DNA of 64,000 nt from NCBI GenBank assembly GCA_963803705.1, contig CAWDNU010000004.1, positions 672,001-736,000 on the forward strand. The letters run 5' to 3'. Under the pieces are notes generated by a model. The model was not told the origin of the DNA, ran no database searches, and saw nothing but the letters and a program-made list of their open reading frames with translations. Positions 10,153 through 20,042 of this stretch are shown here, piece after piece; position 1 is the stretch's first letter, and every line of letters starts with the position of its first letter. Made by a program: the position numbers and the translations under genes. Source of the stretch: an uncultured Pseudobdellovibrionaceae bacterium (GTDB lineage: Bacteria; Bdellovibrionota; Bdellovibrionia; Bdellovibrionales; UBA1609).

Positions 10153-10911
10153 CTATAGTTTCTTTGCATATCCCAGATATGACACTAAAAGTGAATTGGT
10201 TGTCTCAAAACTAAATTGGTCTGGCACAATTTTGGTTTTTAAGAGATTAAAAAAATGCTTATTAATCCTTGGCTTCAAACCTGTGACTTCTTGATGGCTT
10301 AAGCCATATGAGTCACACCAATTTTTAACCTCTCGATGATTAATAAAAAGATCGTAAGTATGCATATGCTTTGGTGTATTTTTAACGAACCACTCTACAC
10401 CCTTGATAACGACAAGATAGGACAACCAATTCTTGCTAAAAGTGTGATAGAAAAAAAGCCCACCAGGTTTTAACACCTTTGAAATTTCGAAAATAACATT
10501 TTTTGGATCACTGACATGTTCTAAAAAATCTAAGGAAATGACCACATCGAACTGTTCACTATCAAAAGGCAAAGAATTTGCGTCGGCCTTGATGTACTTT
10601 ACGTCACTACTTCCGAATTTTTTAGCTGTTCTGAAAGCGTCGTCTGCCAAATCAATGCCCGTGATGTCTTTAGAGTAATTAGATAAATAATTAGTAGCAA
10701 ATCCAGCTCCACAACCAACATCAAGAATTTTCAGAGTAGATAGATCTTTGAAGTGTTTCTCAATTCCGCTTAAAATCCATGGCAGCTTTACTTTGTTTTC
10801 AGCTCTTAACAGAGCCACCGGATCATCTTTCGCTGTGTACCACCTGTCTCCAAGAGAATTATAAAACTTGTTGTTGATTGGATGCTGTTCATCAGTTTCT
10901 AATTTTTTCAT
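10153..10911 (-). CDS. UbiG-like O-methyltransferase
   Basis: LDVGCGAG, FDVVISLDFLEHV, LKPGG, HTYDLFI. Confidence 0.8.
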   Translation of the reverse strand: MKKLETDEQHPINNKFYNSLGDRWYTAKDDPVALLRAENKVKLPWILSGIEKHFKDLSTLKILDVGCGAGFATNYLSNYSKDITGIDLADDAFRTAKKFGSSDVKYIKADANSLPFDSEQFDVVISLDFLEHVSDPKNVIFEISKVLKPGGLFFYHTFSKNWLSYLVVIKGVEWFVKNTPKHMHTYDLFINHREVKNWCDSYGLSHQEVTGLKPRINKHFFNLLKTKIVPDQFSFETTNSLLVSYLGYAKKL

Positions 10912-11408
10912 ACTTCGCCTTTTATAGCTCTGAAGTTCCAGTAAGTGATTTGATACAAAAAGAAGATAATAAGGATAATCGATTGGGCTAAAATAAAAAT
11001 TTCAATATTAATTGGTCCTATATATCCCAAGCTTTCTGAAATTGCCCAAAGAAATCCCAATGCAACAGCTGTCAAACCGTGGACTAGAAATAAAATAGAG
11101 TGAAGCCACTGCTCTGCAGGTTCGCAAAGTTCTTTATGAACGAACTCGTCCTTTGTTACAAATAAACAGGAAAAACTTGCAAGACCAATATATACAACCA
11201 GATTAAAGACATTAAATTGCAGTATTAAACAAAAAATATATAATGCCACTACCGTCAAGGTGTCCAGTGGGTGTCCTACCTTCTCCCACTTGCCTAAACC
11301 ACGTTTTATATGAAAATAAAATTCGTCGACAGCAATTGCGATAGCTTGTACGAGAAAGGGTACTATAAGTAAAAACCAATACTGATCTATAAACTGATTT
11401 ACTTGCAT
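10908..11408 (-). CDS. Integral membrane protein of the T3PKS operon
   Basis: About 5 TM helices; DEFYFH, GHPLD, TKDEFVH and EQWLH motifs; overlaps both neighbours. Confidence 0.7.
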   Translation of the reverse strand: MQVNQFIDQYWFLLIVPFLVQAIAIAVDEFYFHIKRGLGKWEKVGHPLDTLTVVALYIFCLILQFNVFNLVVYIGLASFSCLFVTKDEFVHKELCEPAEQWLHSILFLVHGLTAVALGFLWAISESLGYIGPINIEIFILAQSIILIIFFLYQITYWNFRAIKGEV

Positions 11409-12514
11409 ATCTCAAAAACGCTTCCGAAAAGACTAAGTCCAGGCCCAAACGCTAAAGAGACGACTTTTTGGCCATCCTCTAAAGATTTGTTTTCAAGAAT
11501 TTCTTTCCAAATATGAGGCAAAGTAGCCGAAGACATATTTCCCCTAGTTTTAAGAATATGCCTAGACTCTTTTATTTGATCCTCTTTTAGCTCTAGTAAC
11601 ATGGACACTTGATCCAAAATTTTGGGACCACCCGGGTGAATGGCGAACTTAGCATTCTTCATCAAGTCATCTCGATCTTTTCCGACTTTTTCGAATAAAT
11701 GGCTAAGACCATCATGAATATTCAAAGCCAACTTCATAGGCACATCCCTTGAAATACTCATATTAAAGTTATTTGAACCAGGAACCCAGGTCATATCTTC
11801 CTCCGAATCTGGAATTCTGGATTCAGTAAGTGACAGAATTTTTAAAGAAGGTTCGTCTGATCTTTTCTTAGAACAATTATAAAGTATGTGACCATCGGCA
11901 AAAAGACTTTGCACAATAAGTTGCTCTGGAGTGAAGTCCTTCGTAGAAAAGTGTAATGTGCAAAGCTCTGAATTAAAGATCTTAACCTCGCCATCTGCAC
12001 TTAGCGCATTAGCTAACCTCACACTAGGCATGGATGCATAGCATCCCATATGATAAGCGTGGGTAATTTCAGTTTTATGCCAACCTTTTTTTGAACACAA
12101 GCGCTGCACAGGACTAGGCGATAGATACCCAGTACACGTTGTGTGAATAAAATGGTAAGGCTCTTCGTCTTGAGCTTCAAGAAGCTGATTTAAGCGTTGG
12201 TTAACAATCTTATCATAAAATTTCATCCGGTTGGTTAAGTCCACACCAAGCTCAACATTATTGGTATTATTAAAGATAAAATTGTTTTCAAAATTATCTA
12301 ATGTAAAATCTTTTATCTCTGTATAACGTTCTGATATTTGTGACTCTGAAACAGAGTACTTTTCGATCCAAGACTTAAGCTTTGGCTCGTCTAATTCGCC
12401 CCTCTGATCTAAGGATCGACCATAAGCTAAACGCAACCATTTAAGTGCACTTTCGTGACTCACTTTAAATTCGGGGAGTACAGAATTAAATTTCGATAAA
12501 TAAGAAGAATTCAT
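11399..12514 (-). CDS. Type III polyketide synthase (chalcone synthase family)
   Basis: Cys-His-Asn triad in HMGCYA, IHPGG, GNMSSA; LFADG; AFGPGL. Confidence 0.9.
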   Translation of the reverse strand: MNSSYLSKFNSVLPEFKVSHESALKWLRLAYGRSLDQRGELDEPKLKSWIEKYSVSESQISERYTEIKDFTLDNFENNFIFNNTNNVELGVDLTNRMKFYDKIVNQRLNQLLEAQDEEPYHFIHTTCTGYLSPSPVQRLCSKKGWHKTEITHAYHMGCYASMPSVRLANALSADGEVKIFNSELCTLHFSTKDFTPEQLIVQSLFADGHILYNCSKKRSDEPSLKILSLTESRIPDSEEDMTWVPGSNNFNMSISRDVPMKLALNIHDGLSHLFEKVGKDRDDLMKNAKFAIHPGGPKILDQVSMLLELKEDQIKESRHILKTRGNMSSATLPHIWKEILENKSLEDGQKVVSLAFGPGLSLFGSVFEICK

Positions 12515-12708
12515 GGAACCAACCTTTTAGAACTCGTTACACAGTATTTTTTAATATTTTAAAGTCAATCTCATTATAGCTAAGCAAACCGACCAGACTG
12601 TCATATCATTGCTGAATCACTTGAAGATCTAAGTAAATTTCGAAATTTCTGTACACTAATTTGATTCTTACTTTCAGTAGTTAGAAAGCTATAGCTCATA
12701 ATTTTGAA

Positions 12709-12793
12709 TGGTGCCCGCGGAGGGAGTCGAACCCCCACGTCTCGCGGCACTAGATCCTAAGTCTAGCGTGTCTGCCAATTCCACCACGCGGGC
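12709..12793 (-). tRNA. tRNA-Leu(TAG)
   Basis: GCCCGCG...CTTAGGA anticodon loop, long variable arm, GGTTCGACTCC, CCA end. Confidence 0.95.
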
Positions 12794-12976
12794 ACAGAAT
12801 AACTGAAGTTAAAAATTTATCTTAAAGAAAATGAAAATACACTAAAAAAGTTGAAATATTAGGGTGTGTTGAAGATTCACACGGCCCTGGATTTCTAAAA
12901 TTTCAAATTTGACTAAGGCTCATCAATCAAAAATGGACTTTCTTCACTCATATCTGCACTTTTATTATATTCGCAA

Positions 12977-13351
12977 TTAGCCTTGCTTAGCTTTCTTAAC
13001 ATTATTTTTTTCAGTGAAAGAAGCGCTACAAATTATGCTGCCAGATTCGCCATCTAACGTGCTGTAAGGAACTATAACTTGGTAAGTGTAAAGATCAGAG
13101 TCTGCGTCGGGTAAAACCTGAATAGACTTACCTACAACAACCATGTTGGAATAAAAAACATTCAACGCTAAATTATCAACAGGATCTTTCAGGCTTAAGT
13201 TATGACTAAGCTCGATATCAACTGATTCCACAATCAAGGCTTCTGTATCAACATCCACTTCAAGGGCATGCACTAATGACGGTGCACAGGACGAAATAAA
13301 AAGCGCCACTACAAAGTGATAAGACCTAGTAAACTTGTAAATTTTCTTCAT
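12977..13351 (-). CDS. Secreted hypothetical protein
   Basis: ORF with signal peptide and AGGGG SD. Confidence 0.55.
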   Translation of the reverse strand: MKKIYKFTRSYHFVVALFISSCAPSLVHALEVDVDTEALIVESVDIELSHNLSLKDPVDNLALNVFYSNMVVVGKSIQVLPDADSDLYTYQVIVPYSTLDGESGSIICSASFTEKNNVKKAKQG

Positions 13352-13438
13352 GTATCCCCTTAAATTAAGTAATTAAACTTTTAACTAATGATTATCAACA
13401 TAAGTTATTCAGAAGGGAATAACTTATGGAATTTAGGC

Positions 13439-13825
13439 TCACCCTTGAATTAATTTTTTGTATTCTGGTGAACGAATTAAACTGGCCAGTTCTTTTTCAG
13501 TGTCCATTTCAATTCTTATCAGCCAACCGTCGTTCCAAGCGTCATCGTTGATGGTTCCTGGATTATCGCTAAGTGAAGAGTTGACCTCAATTACAGTTCC
13601 AGAAACTGGCGCTAGCAAATCATTGACCGACTTCACACTTTCTACAACACCAAAAGATTCATTTTGAGTCACTTTTTGACCTTCTTCTGGAAGCTCAACA
13701 TAAACAATTTCGCCCAAGGTGTCCTGCGCGTAATCTGTAACACCAACTGTGACGATATTCTCTTCTACTAATGCCCACTCGTGATCTCTAGTATAATATA
13801 ACTCTTCTGGAACTCGATACGCCAT
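13439..13825 (-). CDS. gcvH: Glycine cleavage system H protein
   Basis: YTRDHEW, GVTDYAQ, lipoyl motif VESVKS. Confidence 0.95.
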   Translation of the reverse strand: MAYRVPEELYYTRDHEWALVEENIVTVGVTDYAQDTLGEIVYVELPEEGQKVTQNESFGVVESVKSVNDLLAPVSGTVIEVNSSLSDNPGTINDDAWNDGWLIRIEMDTEKELASLIRSPEYKKLIQG

Positions 13826-13833
13826 AATGACTC

Positions 13834-14949
13834 CTATTTCTTTTTAACAAATGGTAAATTGACTATCTTAGCTTCTACCAAATTTTTTCTCACCTCAATC
13901 AAACACTTTTCACCAACGTAGGACTTATCCACAAGAGCCATACCGATGGGTTGATTTAAACTTGGCGAATACGTTCCACTAGTTACTTCCCCAATCTGTG
14001 TCTTGTCAAAACTTAACACTCGGTATCCGTCACGGGGGATTGCTTTTTCCATGGACACTAAACCGACAAGATTTTTAGTATTTGCAGAATTTTGGGTAAG
14101 AATCGCTTTTTTCAAGGGTGTCTGACCAAAAAACTCTGACTCTTTGTTTACCTTAAGAACCCAATTCATCCCCACGTTTAAAGGCAGTCTGGATCCCTGA
14201 ATCTCGTTGCCGTACAAAGGAAGGCCAGCTTCTATTCTAAGCGTATTTCTAGCGCCAAGGCCGCAGGGCAGAATGCCATATGGCTGGCCTTTAACCAATA
14301 GCTCGTTCCAAAGATTTGCAGCCTGATTTAAAGGGCCATAGATCTCGAAGCCATCTTCGCCAGTATAGCCGGTACGAGCCACTAACCACCTAGCTTGATT
14401 CCACTCATACTCTTTAAATCTAAATCTTTTTATATCCGTGCAGTCTGAAAACAAATGTTTCGAAACTTCAACGGCCTTAGGCCCTTGGATCGCGATCTGT
14501 GCCCAATCACTACTCTGATCCTCAATGGACAAATTTTTGAAGGTTTTAGCAACTTTTTGGATCCACAAAACGTCTTTATTTTTATTAGATGCATTCACAA
14601 CCAGCAGATACTTTTTTTCGGCCAAACGATAAATAATCAAGTCATCGATAACAAAGCCGCTTTCATCTAACATCATATTGTATTGGGCCTGATTAATAGC
14701 ACATTTGGAAACTTCATTGGTTAAAATTTTCTGCAAGAAAGCCAAGCTATTCTCGCCTTCTACCATCACCTCACCCATATGAGACACATCAAAGAGTCCT
14801 ACAGAATTTCTAGTTGCCATATGTTCTAGACGGAGTCCTGAATACTCCACGGGCATATCCCAACCAGCAAAGTTAACCATCTTGCCGCCCAACCTTCTAT
14901 GTTCTTCATTAAGAATTGTTTTACCAACTACATAGTTATCTTCGTTCAT
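13834..14949 (-). CDS. gcvT: Glycine cleavage system aminomethyltransferase T
   Basis: FAGWDMP, FDVSHMG, RTGYTGEDGFE, GLGARNTLRIEAG. Confidence 0.95.
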   Translation of the reverse strand: MNEDNYVVGKTILNEEHRRLGGKMVNFAGWDMPVEYSGLRLEHMATRNSVGLFDVSHMGEVMVEGENSLAFLQKILTNEVSKCAINQAQYNMMLDESGFVIDDLIIYRLAEKKYLLVVNASNKNKDVLWIQKVAKTFKNLSIEDQSSDWAQIAIQGPKAVEVSKHLFSDCTDIKRFRFKEYEWNQARWLVARTGYTGEDGFEIYGPLNQAANLWNELLVKGQPYGILPCGLGARNTLRIEAGLPLYGNEIQGSRLPLNVGMNWVLKVNKESEFFGQTPLKKAILTQNSANTKNLVGLVSMEKAIPRDGYRVLSFDKTQIGEVTSGTYSPSLNQPIGMALVDKSYVGEKCLIEVRKNLVEAKIVNLPFVKKK

Positions 14950-15830
14950 ATTGGTGCCTTTGCTGCATGGAGTTTTCTAAGTTCAAAGCCTTCAGCAGCT
15001 TTATAAGTGTGAGTTATCAACTGCGCCACGGTCATAGGTCCGACTCCACCCGGCACAGGAGTTATAGCATAAATATGATCTTTTCCTAAAGAAGAAAAAT
15101 CGACGTCACCGACAAGACCTTTACCATCGGCTCTTCGGTGTATACCAACATCGATCACTACTGCACCCTTTTTGAAATCCTCGATGCCAAGCAAGCCAGG
15201 TTTTCCTGCGGCGACGACAACTATGTCAGCTTTTTTGGTCAATTCAGAAGTATTCGGGGTCTTACTATGGCAAACGCTTACAGTGCAATTTGCCCTAGTT
15301 AGCATATATGCCATAGACCAACCCACAGTAGGGCTTCGACCAACAACGACAGCACTTTGACCTTGAAGCGCAATGTCGTAGTGTTTTAAAAGTTCCATCA
15401 CTCCTTCTGGAGTGCACGGCTCGTGGTAGGCATTTCCTGATAACATTAAGCCCATGTTAAGAGCACTTAATCCATCTACGTCCTTTTCCGCGTTTATCAG
15501 ACCACTGGGATCAAAGCCTTGAAAACTCTTTGGAAGTGGCATTTGTACTAAAAATCCGTCAACTGTAGAATCAGAATTTAGACTTTTAATTTTTACTTCT
15601 AAATCTTCAGCAGAAGTATTTTCGGGCATCTTGATTACTTCTGACAACATACCAATTTTTTCACAGGCAAGCTTTTTGTTATTAACGTAAACATGGCTCG
15701 CAGGGTCGTTACCAATGATTACAACTGACAGCTTTGGGGCGCGGCCGTAAGTCACTTTAAAAGCCTCAACCTTTTTTGCTAGCACATTGTATTTTTTCTC
15801 GGCAAGTTTTCTGCCATTAAGTAAAATCAC
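14946..15830 (-). CDS. folD: Methylenetetrahydrofolate dehydrogenase/cyclohydrolase
   Basis: YVNNK, KDVDG, PCTPEG, DVGI, TPVPGGVGPMT. Confidence 0.95.
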   Translation of the reverse strand: MILLNGRKLAEKKYNVLAKKVEAFKVTYGRAPKLSVVIIGNDPASHVYVNNKKLACEKIGMLSEVIKMPENTSAEDLEVKIKSLNSDSTVDGFLVQMPLPKSFQGFDPSGLINAEKDVDGLSALNMGLMLSGNAYHEPCTPEGVMELLKHYDIALQGQSAVVVGRSPTVGWSMAYMLTRANCTVSVCHSKTPNTSELTKKADIVVVAAGKPGLLGIEDFKKGAVVIDVGIHRRADGKGLVGDVDFSSLGKDHIYAITPVPGGVGPMTVAQLITHTYKAAEGFELRKLHAAKAPI

Positions 15831-15892
15831 AAGGCCTCCTTAGAGTTGCCAATAGATGTACATTAAGTTAAGACTTTGAGTAAGAGGTTTCT

Positions 15893-16126
15893 ATGGCAAA
15901 AGTTAAAGTTGCAAATGATGGTAATATTGATTTTGTGCAAGCAGAAAGCTTACCTACTAATGTCAAAAAATTGCGCCAGAGCCCAGAGATCGAAGGCTTT
16001 TACAGATTCGTTTTCGAAAATGATTTAAGAGTCGAGGCCTACGACATCATCGACAAGATGCTTATTGAAAGAAAGTTGCTGGCTAAAGAGCTTAAAGCAG
16101 CAGCAAAAAAAAGTAAAAAAAAGTAA
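15893..16126 (+). CDS. Small hypothetical protein
   Basis: GAGG SD, 77-aa ORF with basic tail. Confidence 0.65.
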   Translation: MAKVKVANDGNIDFVQAESLPTNVKKLRQSPEIEGFYRFVFENDLRVEAYDIIDKMLIERKLLAKELKAAAKKSKKK

Positions 16127-16128
16127 GT

Positions 16129-16253
16129 GGGCCTGTTGAAAAAGTATTAGATTCTAGGCGTCCAAGCTTAAAATCGAATGAGTCGTAGTTTATCTACGTC
16201 GAATGAGATTTAAGCGAAGGCAACAACGAAGATGATGCTTTTTCAACAGTCCC
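16129..16253. mobile_element. MITE family A, copy 1 (125 bp)
   Basis: TIR GGGCCTGTTGAAAAAG...CTTTTTCAACAGTCCC; flanking AAGT direct repeat; near-identical copy at 24766..24890. Confidence 0.85.
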
Positions 16254-16318
16254 AAGTAGCTATTTCGAAGGTTATTAATTTATTTTCCTTTGTATCAAAA
16301 CCCATCAACAATTAGATT

Positions 16319-16780
16319 CTACGAAGACAAGAACACTTCCTTTGTACAAAGATCTTCATTTACGTAAACCTCCTCTCCTGTAAAATACTTTGAAATCATT
16401 TTGATTTGGTCTTGCGAAAGTTTTATCAAATCCGCTGAAAAAGTGCTTTCCACCTGGTCCTCAGCGTACAATTGTCTTCCTTTAAGCACAAAAGACTCAT
16501 CCACTCTATAGAGCTTGTATTTGTAGTAGATTAGTCCGACGCGCTTATCATCCTCACTTAGTTCCCTAGTGGACTCGACGCTCTGATCCGCAATGAAGTA
16601 GGTAGCTGAATAGGACTCTTCGCCCTCATAGTAGACCACTACATTGTCGGTAGTAATGGTAACTTTAAATGAACCTTCTTCTGCGGCAATCTCTTCGTTT
16701 ATGTTAGCACATTTATACTCACCCAACTCGATGGCATGCACATCAAAACCAAAAAGTAGTAATAGTAAAAGCTGTTTCAT
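16319..16780 (-). CDS. Secreted acidic hypothetical protein
   Basis: GAGG SD, signal peptide, two Cys. Confidence 0.65.
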   Translation of the reverse strand: MKQLLLLLLFGFDVHAIELGEYKCANINEEIAAEEGSFKVTITTDNVVVYYEGEESYSATYFIADQSVESTRELSEDDKRVGLIYYKYKLYRVDESFVLKGRQLYAEDQVESTFSADLIKLSQDQIKMISKYFTGEEVYVNEDLCTKEVFLSS

Positions 16781-16905
16781 CTGATCCTCTCACTCTAATT
16801 ATACAAATTTAGTGCCAATATACCCATCCGAAATCGCTTACTTTTAAGTACCTGTTCTTAATTTCAACCTTTTTAAAGATTTAAGCAAATCCTGATTCGC
16901 TAATA

Positions 16906-17083
16906 GGGCCTGTGGAAGATTCATTTAGGTTTTAAATGCTTTAGATTCAATTGAAGTTGTTTTAAGCGCAGACTGAGGTTTTTGAAGTGTAGCTATAGCT
17001 ACATCGAAAAAAGCGAAGGCGAGCACAAAACAAATTCTTTGAAAATGAAGTAGTAAAAACCTAGATGAATCTTCCACAGGCCC
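16906..17083. mobile_element. MITE family B, copy 1 (178 bp)
   Basis: Long TIR GGGCCTGTGGAAGATTCAT...ATGAATCTTCCACAGGCCC; TA on both sides; second copy at 24636..24943. Confidence 0.85.
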
Positions 17084-17263
17084 TAGTCAGTAACTTAAAA
17101 AAAAATCAAAGTCCTTAAAAAATCGACGCTTACCTAAAGGATAATTACTAAGGGATGATTACCTGAACCGGACAAAAAATGTCTTGGTAAGCTTATAATC
17201 GTCAACTGCAAAATATTAGCTTTGAATACTTCAGAATGTCAGCGATCACCAAAGGAGCATTAA

Positions 17264-17566
17264 ATGACTAGATTAAGTAAAAGAATCAAGCAGCTAAAAC
17301 GCCCACCCCTGCAAAAAAAATTAAACCAGAAAGGCCAAGGTCTAATCGAATATATTATTTTAGTGGCGATTATAGCAGTTGCTTCTATTGGTGTTGTCAG
17401 GGCTTTGGGTCAAGTCACATCTACACAGTTGGCAAACATCACCCTGTCATTGCAGGGTAAGGCTTCCCGAAAAGTAAATTCGAACAGTGTTCATGAAAGT
17501 CTTTATTCAAAAAAAGATCTAAGCGATTTTACAAGAAATTCAAGTCAAAGTGCCAACGGTAATTAA
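17264..17566 (+). CDS. Flp family type IVb pilin
   Basis: Basic leader then GQGLIEY Flp motif and hydrophobic helix. Confidence 0.85.
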   Translation: MTRLSKRIKQLKRPPLQKKLNQKGQGLIEYIILVAIIAVASIGVVRALGQVTSTQLANITLSLQGKASRKVNSNSVHESLYSKKDLSDFTRNSSQSANGN

Positions 17567-17912
17567 AGATTTTGAAATAGGCCAAGTGATCATAGAGTCC
17601 GTTATTGGCACTACTTTGCTTTTAATAATTTTGAAAGCTATTTTTTATTTGCTAGTAATTTTGTGGATGAAGGTTTGGGTTGATCATAGTCTGCATGAAA
17701 GTTTGATTTGTAGAGAAAGCTACAACACCACCGCTAACTGCAAAAAACTTTTCCACAAAAATGTAAAATCTGGTCAATTTTTATTTAAGGTGATCAATGT
17801 AAAATGGGTAAAAAAAGCGGCAACACAAAACGTAGAATTAAAAGTTATAGACTTCTTGGGTCTCGAGCATACCTTTTCAAAAGAACTGAAAGTGTCCGGG
17901 GGCAAGCTTTGA
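17550..17912 (+). CDS. TadE-like pseudopilin
   Basis: GQVIIE prepilin motif plus TM helix, Cys pair. Confidence 0.6.
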   Translation: MPTVIKDFEIGQVIIESVIGTTLLLIILKAIFYLLVILWMKVWVDHSLHESLICRESYNTTANCKKLFHKNVKSGQFLFKVINVKWVKKAATQNVELKVIDFLGLEHTFSKELKVSGGKL

Positions 17913-18502
17913 TACTACTGCTAATTTTTCTCCCGATATTTGCAATTTTCTTAAATTTATCCTTGAACAATATATTATTATTATACTCTAAAAGAAAAGT
18001 ACAAAATAAATGTAGAATTCAAGCCTTTAAAGCCCAAAATGAGATTATTAAAGGCTTCAATTTACTAACCAGTTTGAACCTGCAGGCTAAGCGTTTAAGA
18101 GCAAGAAAAAGATCTGCGGTCAGGGCGGTCAAATATGCCTTAGACCCCAGAGCTAAAGCTGCAGCTGCTGCGTATCTGGCATTTGTAACATCCCAACAAC
18201 TGGCGTTTAAGTTAAAGCAGCAAAAAATAATTATAAATTCGAAATCCAAAGCTAAGTATGAAATGCTTAAAGCGCCCGGCCGCTCTGGCTTCAATTCTCC
18301 ACCTTTTGCTCTAGAGGCAAGACCCGTACTTTCACTGTCACCATCTTACTATGCCCCTAAAGATTTAACTACAAAGCAGGAGTTAATTATATCATGGAAA
18401 GTGAAAAACAGTTTGAACCAATCAATTGTTGGACAATGCGGAAGCTACGTAAAAACATTCCAGCAAAATTTTATAGCCAAGCTTTCGTATCTGGACACGT
18501 AA
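17804..18502 (+). CDS. Tad-associated (TadG-like) pilin-type protein; start uncertain
   Basis: RGQALI plus TM helix; position in Flp cluster. Confidence 0.55.
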   Translation: MGKKSGNTKRRIKSYRLLGSRAYLFKRTESVRGQALILLLIFLPIFAIFLNLSLNNILLLYSKRKVQNKCRIQAFKAQNEIIKGFNLLTSLNLQAKRLRARKRSAVRAVKYALDPRAKAAAAAYLAFVTSQQLAFKLKQQKIIINSKSKAKYEMLKAPGRSGFNSPPFALEARPVLSLSPSYYAPKDLTTKQELIISWKVKNSLNQSIVGQCGSYVKTFQQNFIAKLSYLDT

Positions 18503-18621
18503 TATTTGAACTATCAATTATTTTAATTTTTATATTTTTACCACTTGTTGTGTTTTTTGAATTTAAAGCCCAACCCCTAATAAAGGAGTTTGCTAAATAT
18601 GAATTTAAAAAAATACCATGA
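18394..18621 (+). CDS. Small prepilin-like protein; start uncertain
   Basis: GHVIFE (G-x4-E) followed by a hydrophobic helix; overlaps neighbours. Confidence 0.4.
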   Translation: MESEKQFEPINCWTMRKLRKNIPAKFYSQAFVSGHVIFELSIILIFIFLPLVVFFEFKAQPLIKEFAKYEFKKIP

Positions 18622-19114
18622 GTATATACAAAATTTATATTTTATGAATCCAAATGGCTTTCAATTTTTCTCTATACTGAGCTTAGCTGCTATAACAGCT
18701 TTACTCTTTCATCTGCTATTAGCTCCAGGTTCACAAACCTTAATGCAGCCTGAAAAATCGCTAGACGCTGCGACGTACATTCCAAAGGGTCATAGTTTGA
18801 TTCCTCTTCAATTGGTGAATCAGAGATCTCTTGGCAGTTTAATCGAAAATTTTGGATGGATAGACTTATACTCGGCAACAACCAGCGAATCAGGGTATAA
18901 AAAAGGGCCGAAGATAGTGAAAAAAATTCGAATTTTGAGGGCACCCCTTGACCCATCTCAGTTTGGAATTATTGTGCCTAATGATTTTGTAGATTTTATT
19001 CTTGACTGGGGTCCAGATTACTTCGCAACAATTAGCAGAAGTAAGTTCTACAAAAGTGAATTGGTGATAAGATCAAAAAAAAAGAAAAGAGTTATATATG
19101 AAGACATGTTCTAG
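18590..19114 (+). CDS. CpaB/RcpC-like Flp pilus assembly protein
   Basis: TM helix then IPKGxxLIP...G.LI...WID pattern; Flp context. Confidence 0.5.
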   Translation: MLNMNLKKYHEYIQNLYFMNPNGFQFFSILSLAAITALLFHLLLAPGSQTLMQPEKSLDAATYIPKGHSLIPLQLVNQRSLGSLIENFGWIDLYSATTSESGYKKGPKIVKKIRILRAPLDPSQFGIIVPNDFVDFILDWGPDYFATISRSKFYKSELVIRSKKKKRVIYEDMF

Positions 19115-20042
19115 GTTAGGTCTAAAGCGAAAATTTAGTTCAGGATTTGTCCTTAAATTCAGCTCAACCTCAAACTACCATTTAAATTTTATGTTTAGAA
19201 TTCTGCTCGCGATTTTTGTGGCACAGCCATCACACGGTTCTGATCGGGCACAGATAATAACTAATTTAGAAGTCGCAGCCGAGATAGAATTTTTAGATTC
19301 AGACCTAACTAATGCTCGAAAAACCTACAAAAAAATTGTGCAAATGGCATTAGATCAAGTTTGGACGGACAAGATTAGAACCACAATTTACCAAGCACAC
19401 TATAGAATGGCTCAGTTAGACAAAACTAATGCAGATAAGTGGGTCATGAGCGCTATTGCATTTGCACCCGATTTCCAACCCAATAATGAAATCACACCAA
19501 GAAATTTGGTGGATAAATACAAAATGGCGAATCTAAATTCATTATTTGTTGAAATAAATAAATCTAAATTAGAAAAAGTATTGATTAATAGTTCCAAACA
19601 TATTTCAAAAGTGCATAAAAATAAAATCTACAGACTGGATTCTATAACAAATCCGAATTTGAAACCCAAATTTGTTAAAGGAAATCAGATTGATAACTAT
19701 GACGAAAATAGCTTCAAGGCCACGTTAGTAGCAATTGACCATTCTAAAAAGCAAAACCAAGAGCAAGAGCGAGAGACTAAGCTTGCACTCCACTTACCCC
19801 AGAAAAAGTTCTTAAAATCCAAATTGGAGTTGAACCTTGCCAGTAAAGATTTTAAGTCACACACTAACAACTTTAAGACAGCAGGGTTTAAAACTAAAAA
19901 TAAGATTAAAGAAAAAAACAACGATTACACTTGGATATACGTTGCTTCTTCAATTCTTGCAGTGACGTTGGGAGCCGTGTTGATTTCCGATAACAATGAT
20001 AACTCCAAACCTTATGAGCCTAGTCAATCTAAAGGATTTTAA
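19098..20042 (+). CDS. Hypothetical protein with helical N-domain and C-terminal TM anchor
   Basis: Long ORF, C-terminal hydrophobic segment. Confidence 0.6.
   Translation: MKTCSRLGLKRKFSSGFVLKFSSTSNYHLNFMFRILLAIFVAQPSHGSDRAQIITNLEVAAEIEFLDSDLTNARKTYKKIVQMALDQVWTDKIRTTIYQAHYRMAQLDKTNADKWVMSAIAFAPDFQPNNEITPRNLVDKYKMANLNSLFVEINKSKLEKVLINSSKHISKVHKNKIYRLDSITNPNLKPKFVKGNQIDNYDENSFKATLVAIDHSKKQNQEQERETKLALHLPQKKFLKSKLELNLASKDFKSHTNNFKTAGFKTKNKIKEKNNDYTWIYVASSILAVTLGAVLISDNNDNSKPYEPSQSKGF

Noticed and set aside
16129..17083. Composite transposon carrying gene 16319..16780
   Set aside because: Flanking elements belong to different families and each has its own target duplication
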